Source: Novakomyces olei
Taxonomy: Eukaryota
DNA: 64,000 bases
Reading direction: 5' to 3'
Assembly (NCBI GenBank): GCA_016906335.1
Contig: JADEYG010000003.1
Coordinates: 930,001-994,000, forward strand
Numbering within the stretch: position 1 is the stretch's first letter; each line of letters starts with the position of its first letter. Made by a program: the position numbers and the translations under genes. The notes below the pieces were generated by a model that saw only the letters and a list, made by a program, of their open reading frames with translations, searched no databases and was not told where the DNA came from. Positions 45,680 to 58,297 of this stretch are shown in pieces.

Positions 45680-46421
45680 TTTTTATGTAAACTGACTGAG
45701 ACCAAGGATTCTACAGGTCAATGCCACGCGTCACCTATCGACGCTAGACTTTGCGGTTTTAAATGATTGGCAAACGCCAAAGGATGCGGTCGATATTGTT
45801 GCAAGAGTCTCAAATTTTTTATACCGCTCGTCTTGGTGTTCCAGAAAACCCTGTGAACTGGCGGCCCGGTTACTTCCGGGAGAGACGTATACAAGTAGTA
45901 CTGTGCGGTAATACCATCGCGAGATATAGTATCGCAGTATGCAGATACCATAGACGCACGGACCATAAACGTGAGTTTGGTGCTTTGCAGCGTTGCTCGT
46001 GTCGAAGCGTAATACGTAGGCCTATCGAGGTGGGTGCGCGTACATTACGAGCGGACGATTCTCAGAGCTGTGGATTGTCAATTGGAGCGATTCAAATAGT
46101 ATTGGAAATTGCTGCTCTAAAAATCGCTCAGATTATTGATTGATCAGTGATTAATTGGTTGGCTGATTGGCTGATCAGTCTACGGTGTGAGCGGGAAAGT
46201 GCTCAGTGCCAAGCGCATACATTAATTGCAGTGTACATTACAGACAGATCGGCCAGTTGCGAGCCAGATACTTCGTACATCTAAACTGGCTCTAAACGTG
46301 CCGGCTTTCGAGCACCGATCAGCCAAGAGCGCTGTACTTTCTGACGCTTCTGCTAACTTGTTCTTACTCCTTTGCCATCTGCTTTGCTCGGTTTACTACT
46401 TTATCAGATCGGCATATCGAC

Positions 46422-48407
46422 ATGTCATTCGAGGATCAGTTTGACGAGAATCCGTTTGCTGACGCTGTGTCACTAAATCCGTCAAGTACGACGCTGACTT
46501 CAGCGACTACACCACTGCAATCAGCAAAACCTGTGAGTGCCCTGGCAGAGTCAGAGACCACAAATCTCGGAGACGCGCCGGCTAAAGAGCCGGCGGAGGA
46601 TCCAGACACTATGGAACCCGAACATAATCAAGCGGAAACGGTAGAAGCACCCGTATACGAGCCCAAACCAATGGCTACCCCTTCGCCTCGCAAATCTTCG
46701 TTATTCGGATCTGCCCGTAAATCCGTTTCTGCTAAAGACTGGACGTCTAGGTTAGAGCATTTAGAGCTGGACAACGACGATGATCCTCTTGGCCCTTTGG
46801 GTGCTGCTGCACAACCAGGATCAGCAGCGGGGGATTCTGGAATCGAGAATAATACGACTAGTCATTTAAGTGATAATGGGAGTCCTTCTTTGCGCGCACA
46901 GCGATCGCCCCAGCGATCGCTGTTTAACGGATCTCCAGCGGCCGACCGGGACTCGGCCAGACTACCTCCGGCTTCTCCCGCCCCGAGCAAACCAGCCGCC
47001 ACTGTTCAAGCTGTGCCTATGCAAGTAGGAGTGGGTGACCCTCACAAAGTGGGGGACATTACTTCAGCTCACACGGTCTACAAAGTGACCACACGGACAT
47101 TAGCGCCCCAGTTTGATGCAGAGGAAACGACGGTACAGAGGAGGTATCGCGACTTTCTTTGGCTTTATCAAGCACTAGTTGAGTCCCGGCCGGGGACGAT
47201 TGTACCCCCACCACCGGAGAAACAAGCAGTTGGCCGTTTCGAGGAGTCCTTTGTACAAGCAAGGAAAAACGCGTTACAAACAATGATCACAAAGATCGTG
47301 GCCAATCCTCTCTTACAGCTGGATCCTAATACTGTTTTGTTTTTGAAATCAGATACACTATCTGTAGATATCAAACAAATCGAGCGGGAAAGGGTTGTTC
47401 CACCGGAAGCCAGACAGGGCGGAGGGCTCATGACAAGCCTGGGGCTTTCAAGCACAATCAAGTTTGTTGAAATGGATAATGTGAGTACTATACATGCGTG
47501 CTGATTTTGTACTAATCAATAGTGGTTTGAGGACAAGCGAAACGCGTTGGATACCCTAGAGTCGCAACTAAAATCATTATCTAAATCGATTGACTCTGTT
47601 GTGCGGCAACGGAAAGGTATGTCTGAAAAAGAAGGCAATTTGTTTATCTGGTTTTATTATTTTGATAAATATGCTCCATGCACATCATTATTATCTGCGC
47701 CACATACAGTCAAGATTTAGATTTTTATGTTAATTTTGATTTTTGTTTATTAATTGCTCACGTTTTAGGACTGTCAGAGGCTATTGGCGAATTGGGCGAT
47801 GCATTTTCCGGCTTATCTGGCATCGAACTAGATCAAGCACTGGGCGAGTGTTTTGCTATTTTGGCAGAAGTTCAGACGCGTGTGGAGGAAGCTTATCAGC
47901 GACAAACTCAGCACGACTGCTTAACCCTCGGAGTCACTATTGACGAATATGCTAGGCTGATTGGAAGTATACGGCTTGCGTTTTCTGCAAGGCAAAAAGC
48001 ATGGATAACTTGGCAAACAGCCGAGGCGGATACGGGAAAGAAGCGTGCTGGATATGAGAAGACTAAACGCCAGTCTAGAACTCAGCAAGATCGTTTAGGC
48101 ATGCTTGAGGCGGAGATTGATGATATGGAGAAGAGGTGTCATCAGCTGCATATTGATTTCGATCAAATAAGCCGATTGCTACAGCAGGAACTGGATCGGT
48201 TTGATTTTGAGAAAGTGGAAGACTTTAAAAATAGCGTAGAAATATTTTTGGAAGGTGCTGTGGAAACGCAAAAGGAGGTAAGATTTTAAGAATTGAAAAA
48301 TAATGATTTGTTCCATACTCTTATGCTCTTGTCACATTTACTAATTATCTCAGCTTGTGGAAATATGGGAAACGTACCTCCGACGTATCGAAGGACTTCT
48401 TGCATAG
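46422..48407 (+). CDS. VPS5: Retromer sorting nexin Vps5 (PX-BAR, 4 exons)
   Basis: VGDPHKVGDITSAHTVY, RRYRDFLWLY, PPPPEKQAVGRF, BAR region EKVEDFKNSVEIFLE..QKELVEIWETY. Confidence 0.93.
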
Positions 48408-48745
48408 TTTACCAATCATATTTCAGATGTTTTTCGTGAAAAGTCTTGGGTTAATGTTGCCATTCTTTACAGTAAGTTTATCAAGATCAGCGGCTACAAG
48501 ACCAAAAAGCTGTGTAATTCACCCGGCTGCTGTTAAAATATTACTACAAAGTGTATATTTGACGAAGTCAAGAAGTAGGCACGTTCGATGTTATACAGAT
48601 TTATCATATAATAAAACATGCACGAAATAAAAGCTGTGTAGCGCGCCAATCCCATCGTCTCGTTTACTCATTTACTAGTTACAAGTCTGAAAACCCTGAC
48701 CAAACTTCTATATAAAAAAGAAAAGTTAGAAAACTAGTTCCCTCG

Positions 48746-48936
48746 ACAGTTCACCAGGTTTGGGTGCCGTCAATAGCGATATTCTCTGTGCTATTGACGA
48801 GGCAGAATAATACTCAAGCAAGCAATCGTTCTACTCGTATGAGCAGGATTCCTGGTGTAGAGTAATCTATTAGGCCTTCTGGGCACTGTGCTGTAGCGAG
48901 GCATTGACAGCTTGGAAATCAGAAGTGTCGACATCT
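48746..48936 (+). ncRNA. H/ACA box snoRNA, snR32-like (guide for the LSU rRNA site equivalent to Psi2191)
   Basis: Upstream TATA at about 48709. 5' hairpin CACCAGG/CCTGGTG encloses a 10-bp stem. H box AGAGTA at 48859-48864. The 3' pocket CTGGGCA (48879-48885) plus AATCA (48917-48921) is complementary to rRNA UGAUU-U-C-UGCCCAG, with 14 nt to the ACA at 48931-48933. Confidence 0.75.
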
Positions 48937-49520
48937 TGTTGCAACTCGCAAATTAATGATTGATTAGTCGATTGATTGGTCTATTGATTTGTTGGTTAAT
49001 TGATTGACTCAAATTGCCCATTGGATTTAATGAATTTAACACGTCAATAGTTCATTACGTGTTCTATGATTAAGAGGCATTATTCTAATTATAGTTGGTA
49101 TGTTCCAAACGAGAATGCCTGTATACTGTGCAAGTTTCACGACATCAAGAATCCAAAATGACTCGATTGGTGAAGTAATTCATCTCACGCATTTTTCCAC
49201 TTCTGACATGACTTTGATCCCTTTAATAATCGATGAGGCACTTGCTCGCCCGCTTTGCACTGGCCTCACGCGCTAAAAATTGGTTGATTGTAGCGTAGCG
49301 GCTATAATAAATTAGACTAATTTAATTTAATATTAATAAACTGTGCTACGATGGAATAAGAATACATAAAGTTGACTTTTACGGCGTATAATCTCACTTT
49401 TTTTGTACATCTCACTACTTCAATATGATCTGATAACTATAGATCATTCTGATTATCTATATCTATCTGTAGATTTATCGAATCAGGGTTGGGGTCTTGA
49501 TTCTACATGATTGACGGGAG

Positions 49521-51047
49521 ATGCTGTTGCGCTGTTGCCGTCCACACTCAATTCTTGGTTTGAGAGCAAATGCTCTCCATCGATTTTCTCCTCCGCCTTT
49601 GACTCGTGTTGGCTTACGATTGCACTCGCATGATCACCACCACCACGATCACGCGGCCGGCGCTGAGCTCTTACGCACGGGCGGCTGGAAAGATCCAGCA
49701 ACGAGAATCTCATGGCTTGGATTGTAAGTTTGCTTTAGAGACGCATGCTGACGCTTTAAAGATTTTCAAATATTGCTCTAGCAACAGGTAAAGGTGCAGC
49801 TGGCTGGCTGACAAATTCTCAGGTACTACTTTTCTCAGCTCAAATTGGATTTATTAAAAATAATGTTGTTGCGTTTACAATTTTTTTTTTTAAATTATTT
49901 GATTGATTGATTATTTTTGTTACTAGGTATTTTATTTTTGTTTCTATATTCATCCCCTGACGTAAAGGCACTCATTGGCGACGCATACCATCAACTCGGC
50001 GACCTTGTGAGTGATGTTTTAACCCTAAGTACTCTTGGTCTTGTGCATCGACCGCCAGATGCAAAGTACCCCTTTGGCTATGGGAAAGTCGAGTCAGTGG
50101 GGACACTGGCAGTATCCGGATTGCTCTTGAGCGGCGCTATAGTAATTGGCATGAATTCGGCGCTAGAGGCCTGGTCTATGCTAACTAGTGTGCCCATGGC
50201 TCCTAGTACTCACGACGGCCACAGTCATGGCCACAGTAGTGGACTAATCGATCCAAAATTGGCTGTCGGTGTGGCAGTGGGAAGCATTGTCGTTAAAGAA
50301 TGGCTTTACCAAACGAGTACGCACACTTTTAATAAATAAAATTTAATTAAACTTGATTCGTTAAGTTTGTTTTGTTTAATTAATGTTTATTTTTAATTTG
50401 TTTGTAGTGCTGACATGTAGCTATGAAAATCGCGAAAGCTCAGGACTCTAGCGTTCTTGCCGCCAATGTACGTTTGGATTAAATACTGCAGCTAACAAAA
50501 GGCATGGCACCACCGCGTTGATGCAATGACATCAGTGGTAGCCCTTATCTCTGTATCGGGGACATATTTTTTCCAGCTTGGCTGGCTCGATCCTGTTGGC
50601 GGTCTAGCCGTGAGTGTTATGATCCTTCGTGCTGCTATTTCGAGCGGAAAAGGCTCAGCGATAGATATCCTAGATGGGTGAGAGCAATTGTACATATATA
50701 TATATATATGCTTTGTTCAATTTCTTTTACTGGTTGCTTTCACTTTACTTTGTTTTCAAAATATGGCTCATGCTTATATTGTAATCAGATCAATGGACGA
50801 ATCATTGCGTAACGAAATCCAGGTTGCCGCTGACAAGATAGTCGTCGAAGCATCTCGTGGCGGGGAATATTTAGTACGCGGAATAAAAGGCACCCGGTTT
50901 CTGGCACAGCTCGACATTGATATCAGAGGAGAATCGGAAGCTGAGAAAGTGGAACAAGTCTGCCAACGGATCAAATCTGAGTTGGCGGTTAATGTGCCTA
51001 CTTTACGCACAGTTATCGTTGTGCCCCACATGAAAAAAAAAGCGTAG
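49521..51047 (+). CDS. MMT2: Mitochondrial cation diffusion facilitator (Mmt1/Mmt2-like, multi-exon)
   Basis: Presequence plus His-rich HSHDHHHHDH, RISWLGL, ALIGDAYHQLGDLVSD, YPFGYGKVES, KEWLY, ANAWHHRVDAMTS, WLDPVGGL. Confidence 0.88.
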
Positions 51048-51202
51048 AAATAGCAACATAATGAATAAATTAAAAAGCATTTGAAAGGACTAGGAAAATC
51101 GCTTAAATTGCCTTTCTGTCACTCGTAAATAAGTATATTTATATTATATACGTAGTGCTGGATTGCAAACTCTAAATACGATTAAAACGCAGCTGTAATA
51201 TT

Positions 51203-51433
51203 TGCTGAAGATAGTAGGTTGGAATTTGTTCTTATGGTGGATTAAATGAATTAGAAACTCTTGATCGCTTTAGCTGAATCCCCCCGAAGGGTATGAGGGT
51301 TCGCTTGAGCTATATATATATATATAACTATGTGTTTTGAGTGAGGTTCTGTAAAGCTGAAGTCAACAACTGACACTCATGGTAGAGTTCGGCGTATTAT
51401 TATAAGGGAATATAATAGATTCATATGTCAACA
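51203..51433 (+). mobile_element. Solo LTR (TG..CA) with 5-bp TSD ATATT
   Basis: Homologous to 60099-60411. Ends are TGCTGAA..GTCAACA, with ATATT at 51198-51202 and 51434-51438. Confidence 0.88.
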
Positions 51434-51614
51434 ATATTTAATAAACCATAAACAAGTATAATATTAAATAAATAAATAAATAATATTTATGACAAAAGGC
51501 TTATAAATAATTAATTCTAGACAAATTATGATATAATTAATAGGCTAATCGAAGCTCGGGCTGACCACGATTACCTCACCAGCTGCCGATCAGTTCACCA
51601 TACATAGTGAAGCA

Positions 51615-52737
51615 ATGGCATTCGAAACAGCTGCAACAGTAAAGACGCATGGCGGACATTTACTCAAATTGATTCATAAATCTGAAGAGCTCGGATGCAC
51701 AAGCAAACTCAATCTCTTCCTACCGCCTCAGGCGCTCGGCGGCAATGGCGCTAAAGTGCCGGCCCTGTACTATCTTGCGGGGCTCACATGTACAGGCGAC
51801 AATGGCGCTGAAAAAGGCGGGTTTATCGGCCCGGCAAGCGAGCAAGGTTTAGCTATTGTCTTTCCCGACACTTCGCCTCGTAAGTGCACTGCCTTATTTT
51901 AGATTTATTTATACTAACCTTGACTTAAAAGGCGGTGCTGGAGCTCCCGGCGAGGACGACGGATGGGATTTCGGAACTGGAGCCGGATTCTACGTTGACG
52001 CTACTACCGACGGGTTCAAGAAAAATTACAGAATGTATTCTTATATTACAAAAGAACTGCCGGGCCTTATCAATGCTCATTTCCCTATTGACGGAGAGCG
52101 TATTTCAGTGTTTGGACATTCAATGGGCGGCCACGGGGCTCTTACACTGTTCTTGCGCAATCCTGCTCTGTACAAGAGCGTGAGTGCTTTTGCACCAATC
52201 TCGAACCCGGTAAACTGCCCGTGGGGCGAGAAGGCCTTCACCGGATACTTTGGCAATGATAAGAGCAAGTGGGAGAAACACGATGCTTCTGCGCTCTTAT
52301 CGAAATGGAAGGGCGATAAGGCACTTGATATCTTGGTTGATGTGGTATGGGACAACAAGAAACAAGTTTAGAAAACAGTTATCCACACAAGTCGCTTTGT
52401 ATGAAAAGACTAAAGAGAAAACGACTTGTGCAAACCGCAAATAAAAGCACTGACAGCTTGCTAATATTGTAGGGTACTGGCGACAATTTCTACAAGCAAG
52501 GCCAGTTGCTTCCAGAGAACCTGGAAAAGGCAGCTAAAACTGCGGGCGTGACGGGTCTAAAGGTCAACTACCGCGAGGTATATTGCAAATATTTGTTTCG
52601 ATTCTCTCATTTTGAATTGTTTTTGAATTGCTATTTAATTCAAATTCTAACAGGACCAGGGCTATGATCACAGTTACTATTTCATGAACACTTTTGCCAA
52701 AGATCATATTGCGCATCACGCAAAATATTTGAAGTAA
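51615..52737 (+). CDS. S-formylglutathione hydrolase / esterase D (4 exons)
   Basis: [51 protein letters not shown]. Confidence 0.95.
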
Positions 52738-52984
52738 AGCATTTGCAACAAAGTTCAGCTGGGCAGAGTCAGTCGAGTCTTTCTCGACGATCAAGAATTC
52801 AGGATCGTTTATTTTGTACACAAGGTTCTTTTCTATTTGCTGCCCATTGATGGACTTGTTTGCAAATACTGAAGCAAAGAATCGAAAAAGTTAGAAGTAT
52901 ATAAATTTGAGAGAAAATTCAGAATATACTTTATTTTGTCGCAAATTGAATTTAAATGTAACAGGCCTTCATGAATTTTGTATG

Positions 52985-53782
52985 CTATAAAAACCGATTT
53001 AGTGCAGGCTTCGCTGATTCCTTCGGGACCGCTGTTGTGGCCGGCTGGGGAATCGAAATATTAGAATTATCAGCTTCGCGCTTCAGCTCCTCCAATACTG
53101 TACATTAGCAAAACAATTAGAATAGCAGGCATTGATTTTATTTATCTCTTCATCTTTGTGTTTATTAACTTTAATCATTATTTTTCAAATCTTTAAACAT
53201 TCTTTTTTCGTTTTAATTTATACGATTTTAATTTTCAATATTCAATTTTTGAATTCCAATTGCCGATTTAAATTTTTCTTGTAGCTTTCCAATAGATTAT
53301 ACTCTTTCCCATCAAATCACTATTGTTCCATTCAAATTTTACGGATTCAAAAACTTACACTGCTGCCATTCGCGCTCGTCACTATCAATACCAGTGCCTA
53401 ATTCACGGGCAACGTCGACCTTTTCGCCTCGGCGAATACGTTCAGTAACGTCCGCCAGAGTACGTAATTTGACTGCCGTTCGTTGCTCAGTATCCCTATG
53501 CTGAGCTTTAAGTCGGCTTATATGAATAGCAATGCTCCCTATAAAAGTCAAGCATAATGCCAGCGCATGATCATTGTCGCTACTGCGCGTACCCAGCCAA
53601 TAAGACGGCGCCAGTACACGAATAAAGCTGACAGCGACTTTGCGCAAAACTCCAAATCCAGTCTCGCGCGTGGCCGCCTCACCTCCAGCCGAGGCAAATG
53701 TTCGAGACCAATTAGAATTAATGCCGTTTTTTAGGCCGATGGCTAAACGCCGCCGCCGGGCTGTTGCTGCCCGTCGCAGCAT
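52985..53782 (-). CDS. DUF5321-like fungal protein (probably mitochondrial; 2 exons)
   Basis: Arg-rich N-terminus; FIGSIAIHISRLK..KLRTLADVTERIRRGEKVDVARELGTG..EREWQQLLEEL. Confidence 0.7.
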
Positions 53783-53950
53783 TTTTGTTGGTGCGAGATG
53801 ATAAATCTTGTGCGTATATTATTGTTTTGCGATTTATATAGATGATTGTAATAACTTTTAATATAATCTGCAAAACAGAATTTGACATGAGTCTATAGCG
53901 CAATAATACTAAAAATAAGATTAATTAAAAAATATAAATAAATAAATAAA

Positions 53951-54080
<130 letters not shown>

Positions 54081-54101
54081 TCCTTATACAACCGATGAGC
54101 G

Positions 54102-54767
54102 TCAGCCAGACTCTTGATCCTGTTTCCGCGGCTCAGATTCCATAGTGTCGTCAATGCTTGTATTCTCCGCGGTAACATCTGTTTCCGCCATAGTAGGCTT
54201 CTCCTTATTAGACTCCTTGCCGGTAGAGTCGTGAGCCGTAATCTCTTTTCCCCCCTCACCATCAGCGTCAGCGTCAACGTTACCGCCACCATCATCTGTC
54301 ATGGTCACGTCCAATTGATCATTTGCCTTTCCTTCGCCATCCTTTTCCAAATCAGCCTTTACATTATCCGCCTCAGCGTCTGGTTGAGGAGCACGCTCCC
54401 CCTCTAAAGCTACGGGGAACGGGTTCTGTAGCAGATCAACATGCTTGTTCCGAGCCGCTGCTTGCTCTTGTTCAGTGAGCTGCACCCATTTGTAGACGGG
54501 GAACCGTAAGATTTTCACAGCACTCGGTGTTCCAGGCACAATCGGAGCCGGCTCTTGTGGCTCAGCGTTATCGCCGTCCGCACGGGGCACAAAATCTGCC
54601 TCGGGCTCTGTCTTTTTAACCTGCACTTGAACACTCACACGCTTCCACGACCGTGGAGGTTCAGTTGGGTCATAGAGCAACTCGCCAGAGTTTGCCGCGT
54701 TTTGAATCGCTTGGCTTTGTGACCGAGTGAACTGGTTTGAGCGATAATAACTCTCGCGCACCGACAT
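54102..54767 (-). CDS. Small acidic protein with BCL7/Rtt102-like N-terminal motif
   Basis: 221-aa ORF containing TRS..RSWKRVSVQV..FPVYKWVQLTE and an acidic low-complexity tail. Confidence 0.55.
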   Translation of the reverse strand: MSVRESYYRSNQFTRSQSQAIQNAANSGELLYDPTEPPRSWKRVSVQVQVKKTEPEADFVPRADGDNAEPQEPAPIVPGTPSAVKILRFPVYKWVQLTEQEQAAARNKHVDLLQNPFPVALEGERAPQPDAEADNVKADLEKDGEGKANDQLDVTMTDDGGGNVDADADGEGGKEITAHDSTGKESNKEKPTMAETDVTAENTSIDDTMESEPRKQDQESG

Positions 54768-55240
54768 TGTCTGGCAAAGAGACTGTTTAACGATTCTGTT
54801 AATGCGCAGAGATCCTCTAATGCCGCATCAGCAATGGTTCAATATAGGCGTTTAGTGCCAATTAGCAGTGCGTTGCTGGTCAGAAATTGCACAGAAACTG
54901 CGCAAAGCGCAATGAGTACTTTGGCAATTCGCCGCTCTTGCGATTAACGAACAGACTCAAACACGCGAGCAGCAATTGTTTGTCGCTCGTGAGCAATGAA
55001 TAAATTATAAAATAAACAACAGACTAAAGCTGTATTATTCGATTGAAAATAACAGGGCAAAATAATTATTGTGCGTTGAGTGTATATTAAAAAGAATTAA
55101 CTAATTAATCAATCAAATAATCAAATAATCGACTGAATAAAATAATTAATAAAGCAAAACAGACTAATCTCTGGCAGTCATTTCATTCTGCCAACTGTTC
55201 GCAAAAGATGCTTGGCTGATGCTATAAATTGTCATTGGGA

Positions 55241-56593
55241 ATGGGCAAACGGACAGAGGCTACGAAAAAGGTTGGTGCAAATTGAAATTGTGTAATTGTG
55301 TAACGACTGCTAAATGATACAGCGAAAACTCAATGTCGACTCTAACGGCACTGATACGAGCAAACCGAGTGCCGTTTTCAAGGCGCCCGGTCCACGAAAG
55401 TACACGGTGACCGTGGCTTTGCCCGGGAGTATAATCGCCAATTGCCAGACTTTGGAACAAAAAACGGCACTCTCTGGCCAAATTGCCCGGGCTCTAGCTA
55501 TTTTTCAAGTGGATGAGGTTGTTGTGTTTGACGAAAAGGCTCAAGGCTTCCGTCAGCAGGGCTTTTACGAGGCCCATGATGGGGTTTCTGACCCTAATGT
55601 TTTTCTTGGTCGGATTTTACAGTACCTTGAGACTCCGCAGTACCTTCGCAAACAATTATTTCCAATGCACCGCGACTTGCGGCTAGCTGGTCTGCTGCCT
55701 TCGCTCGATATGCCGCACCATGTACGCATGGACGAAGATCTGCCCTACCGTGAAGGCGTCGCTGTGGGGAACCCAGAGACGGGTCGAGGAGGCTATGATA
55801 AGACCAAGACTTTGGTTGACTGCGGTCTGCGGGCAAAGGCAGTCGTCTCGGGCAATATTGAACCTGGGTCTCGAGTCACACTGAGCTTGAAAAAGAGGTA
55901 TTTACACTATAATATACGGAACAAGAAGGACTCAAGAATAAATAAAAGAAAATAAAAGAAAAGTGGGTAAAGGAAAGAGAAAAAAGATTTTAAAAATTAA
56001 AATTAAAATTAAAACTGAAATAAAATAATATAAAATGCAATTCAATTCAATTCAATTAAATTCGATTCAATTCAATTAGATTGGCAGTTGGAATCAATAT
56101 TGACAATTAAAAGTCTAGTTTTGAATTTACAACGAATACTAATAACAGCACCACCTCCGACCCTAATATTGCCACTTTCCCGGCGGATACGGTAAGCCCA
56201 TCTACACCACGGGAAAAAATGGGTTATTATTGGGGATATGACGTACGTATGGCTCCCGCGTTGTCTGACGTCTTTGTACAGTGCCCGTGGCCAGAGGGTT
56301 ATGATTTCAGTCTTGGCACTTCAGAGCGTGGAGCTCCACTGGCCCATGATGGAAGCGATATAGCATCTTTTAAGCATTTACTACTAGTGCTTGGTGGGGT
56401 TGCTGGGCTAGAGCCGGCAGTAAATGCTGATCAAAAGTTAGATCTTGAAGGATTCGATGCTGGAAAGCTATTTGATCTGTGGGCTAATGTTTGTCCCAGT
56501 CAGGGCAGCCGTACTATCCGGACAGAGGAGGCGTTGATGATTGCCCTATCTCGTATATACCCATTTATACCGGAAAAGGGCGGTAAAAAGTGA
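55241..56593 (+). CDS. SPOUT methyltransferase (C9orf114/SPOUT1-like; 3 exons)
   Basis: VALPGSIIAN, GQIARALAIFQVDEVVVF, LQYLETPQYLRK, YREGV, GYYWGYDVR, GTSERG, CPSQGSRTIRTEEA. Confidence 0.93.
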
Positions 56594-57137
56594 GGATTGC
56601 CGACTCACTGGCCTTGATGTATTATTTATTTGATCATAAGACAACTCGATTTTTTAATAAAAAGATCGGTCCAGATCCCTTAATTGCTGCGCCAGTGAAT
56701 ACGCGGATCACGTTTGTCATCACGGTCCACAGCGAATGCATTCTATAAAAGTCAATCGTGAATCACGTTGATCAATTGATAAGGATTGAATTACGCTGAA
56801 CGTGAATAACGCTCGATGTGAGTTACACATGTAAAATACAGAAGCGATCCAGCAATCGTAAATCACCGTTGTAAAGCACATACGTAATTGATGTTTGTGA
56901 ACAATAGATGTGGATTAATATTAATTGAATCTTGTGAATCACATGTGAAATACAACTTGTAAGGATCGTTATTGCGTATTAGTGCTTAAGATTCTGTAAA
57001 ATACATGTGTGAATTACAGTCATGAACATTATGAAAAAATTAGACAACCCGTTTGATTAACTCTTCTATTGTGAATCATATCAACACAAGTTGTCACAAT
57101 ACTTGAGAATCACGTACGTGGATCGTAAGTAAACACT

Positions 57138-57758
57138 CTACTCGCTGCGCAACTGCAGTAAGTGCAAGGCCGCCTGATGGCTGGCATCGAAATCAGATAT
57201 GCCCACATTCTCCTGGCCATGAAGCACAACACAATCTCTTCGTGAAGTAGAAAATTCGGGCGAAACAGAGGGCGGAGATGGTGATGGCGAACAAGCTTGC
57301 AATTGTTCGAGGTAGCCCACAGTGGCCTCCAAGATTGTGAGCTTGTGCAGCCCTTGAATACCAAATTCTCTATTGCAACGACTATCACGCAGCTCAGCAC
57401 AATGGGGCACTAGTTCAGTAAGGCGCCTCAAGGCCTCGTTGATTTTTTCCCGCCGTCTCCGTTCAATAACAGAGTGTGTTGTTCTGCGAGAAAGCTTTAC
57501 TGCTGCTGTTGATTTTACGGGCCTCCGTTTCTTTTCCGGAGGGTATTCTTCACCTTCAGACTCCTCGCCCGAACGCTGATGGGAAATGCGCGATTGAGCA
57601 GACACGGATGCTTTGCGCTTGCTCACTTTTGTGGCGCCTATTCCAAGCTCTTCGACACCATACAGCTTTTCTGGCAGACAAAAGCGTGGAGGCTCGTCGC
57701 ATAATTCAGGTCTGATACGACCTGAATCTGGCGGCGAAGGCAGCGAACGGTCGTTCAT
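57138..57758 (-). CDS. bHLH transcription factor
   Basis: RRTTHSVIERRRREKINEALRRLTELVPHC..LHKLTILEATVGYLEQL; C-terminal AALHLLQL. Confidence 0.9.
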   Translation of the reverse strand: MNDRSLPSPPDSGRIRPELCDEPPRFCLPEKLYGVEELGIGATKVSKRKASVSAQSRISHQRSGEESEGEEYPPEKKRRPVKSTAAVKLSRRTTHSVIERRRREKINEALRRLTELVPHCAELRDSRCNREFGIQGLHKLTILEATVGYLEQLQACSPSPSPPSVSPEFSTSRRDCVVLHGQENVGISDFDASHQAALHLLQLRSE

Positions 57759-58297
57759 CAATGTTAGATTGTAAAGAGATCAAGCTGGCTTGCCGACAAC
57801 AGATATTGACCCTTCTTTGATGGGCGATTGCTTTTTTGATTGAGTTTTGATTAATCGTCGATAACTTTCTGATTAAATCTTGGTCTGTTGCAGCTCAATA
57901 ATTAATTAATTAATTGATTAATTTTTTTCTTTGCCCTTTCGCCTTCTCTGCTACAATCGCCTCGTACCGTGTCAACTGATAAACTTGTCACGTCACTTCT
58001 TCAACACAAGACAGAGCTGACCAGTACAACTTATTCCAATCTTTGCCTAACTCTGCCTCCAAATCCTGTCTTTCTATTAGGCACAAGAGCGGAGCACTGT
58101 ACCGCCTTACAGACAGTACTGTAGGCCACAGATTCTGTGTTTGACTGTGCGGCGCGTGCCAGCGAGTGCTTGGGACGTCAATCGTATTATACTACCCGCG
58201 TCGGTAATCCTTATCGCACGAGCAATGAATACAGCACTTGGACCGTTTGACCAATCAGATGGCGCCTTGCCAGCACGAGGTAAAGGGTCGCGCCTTG

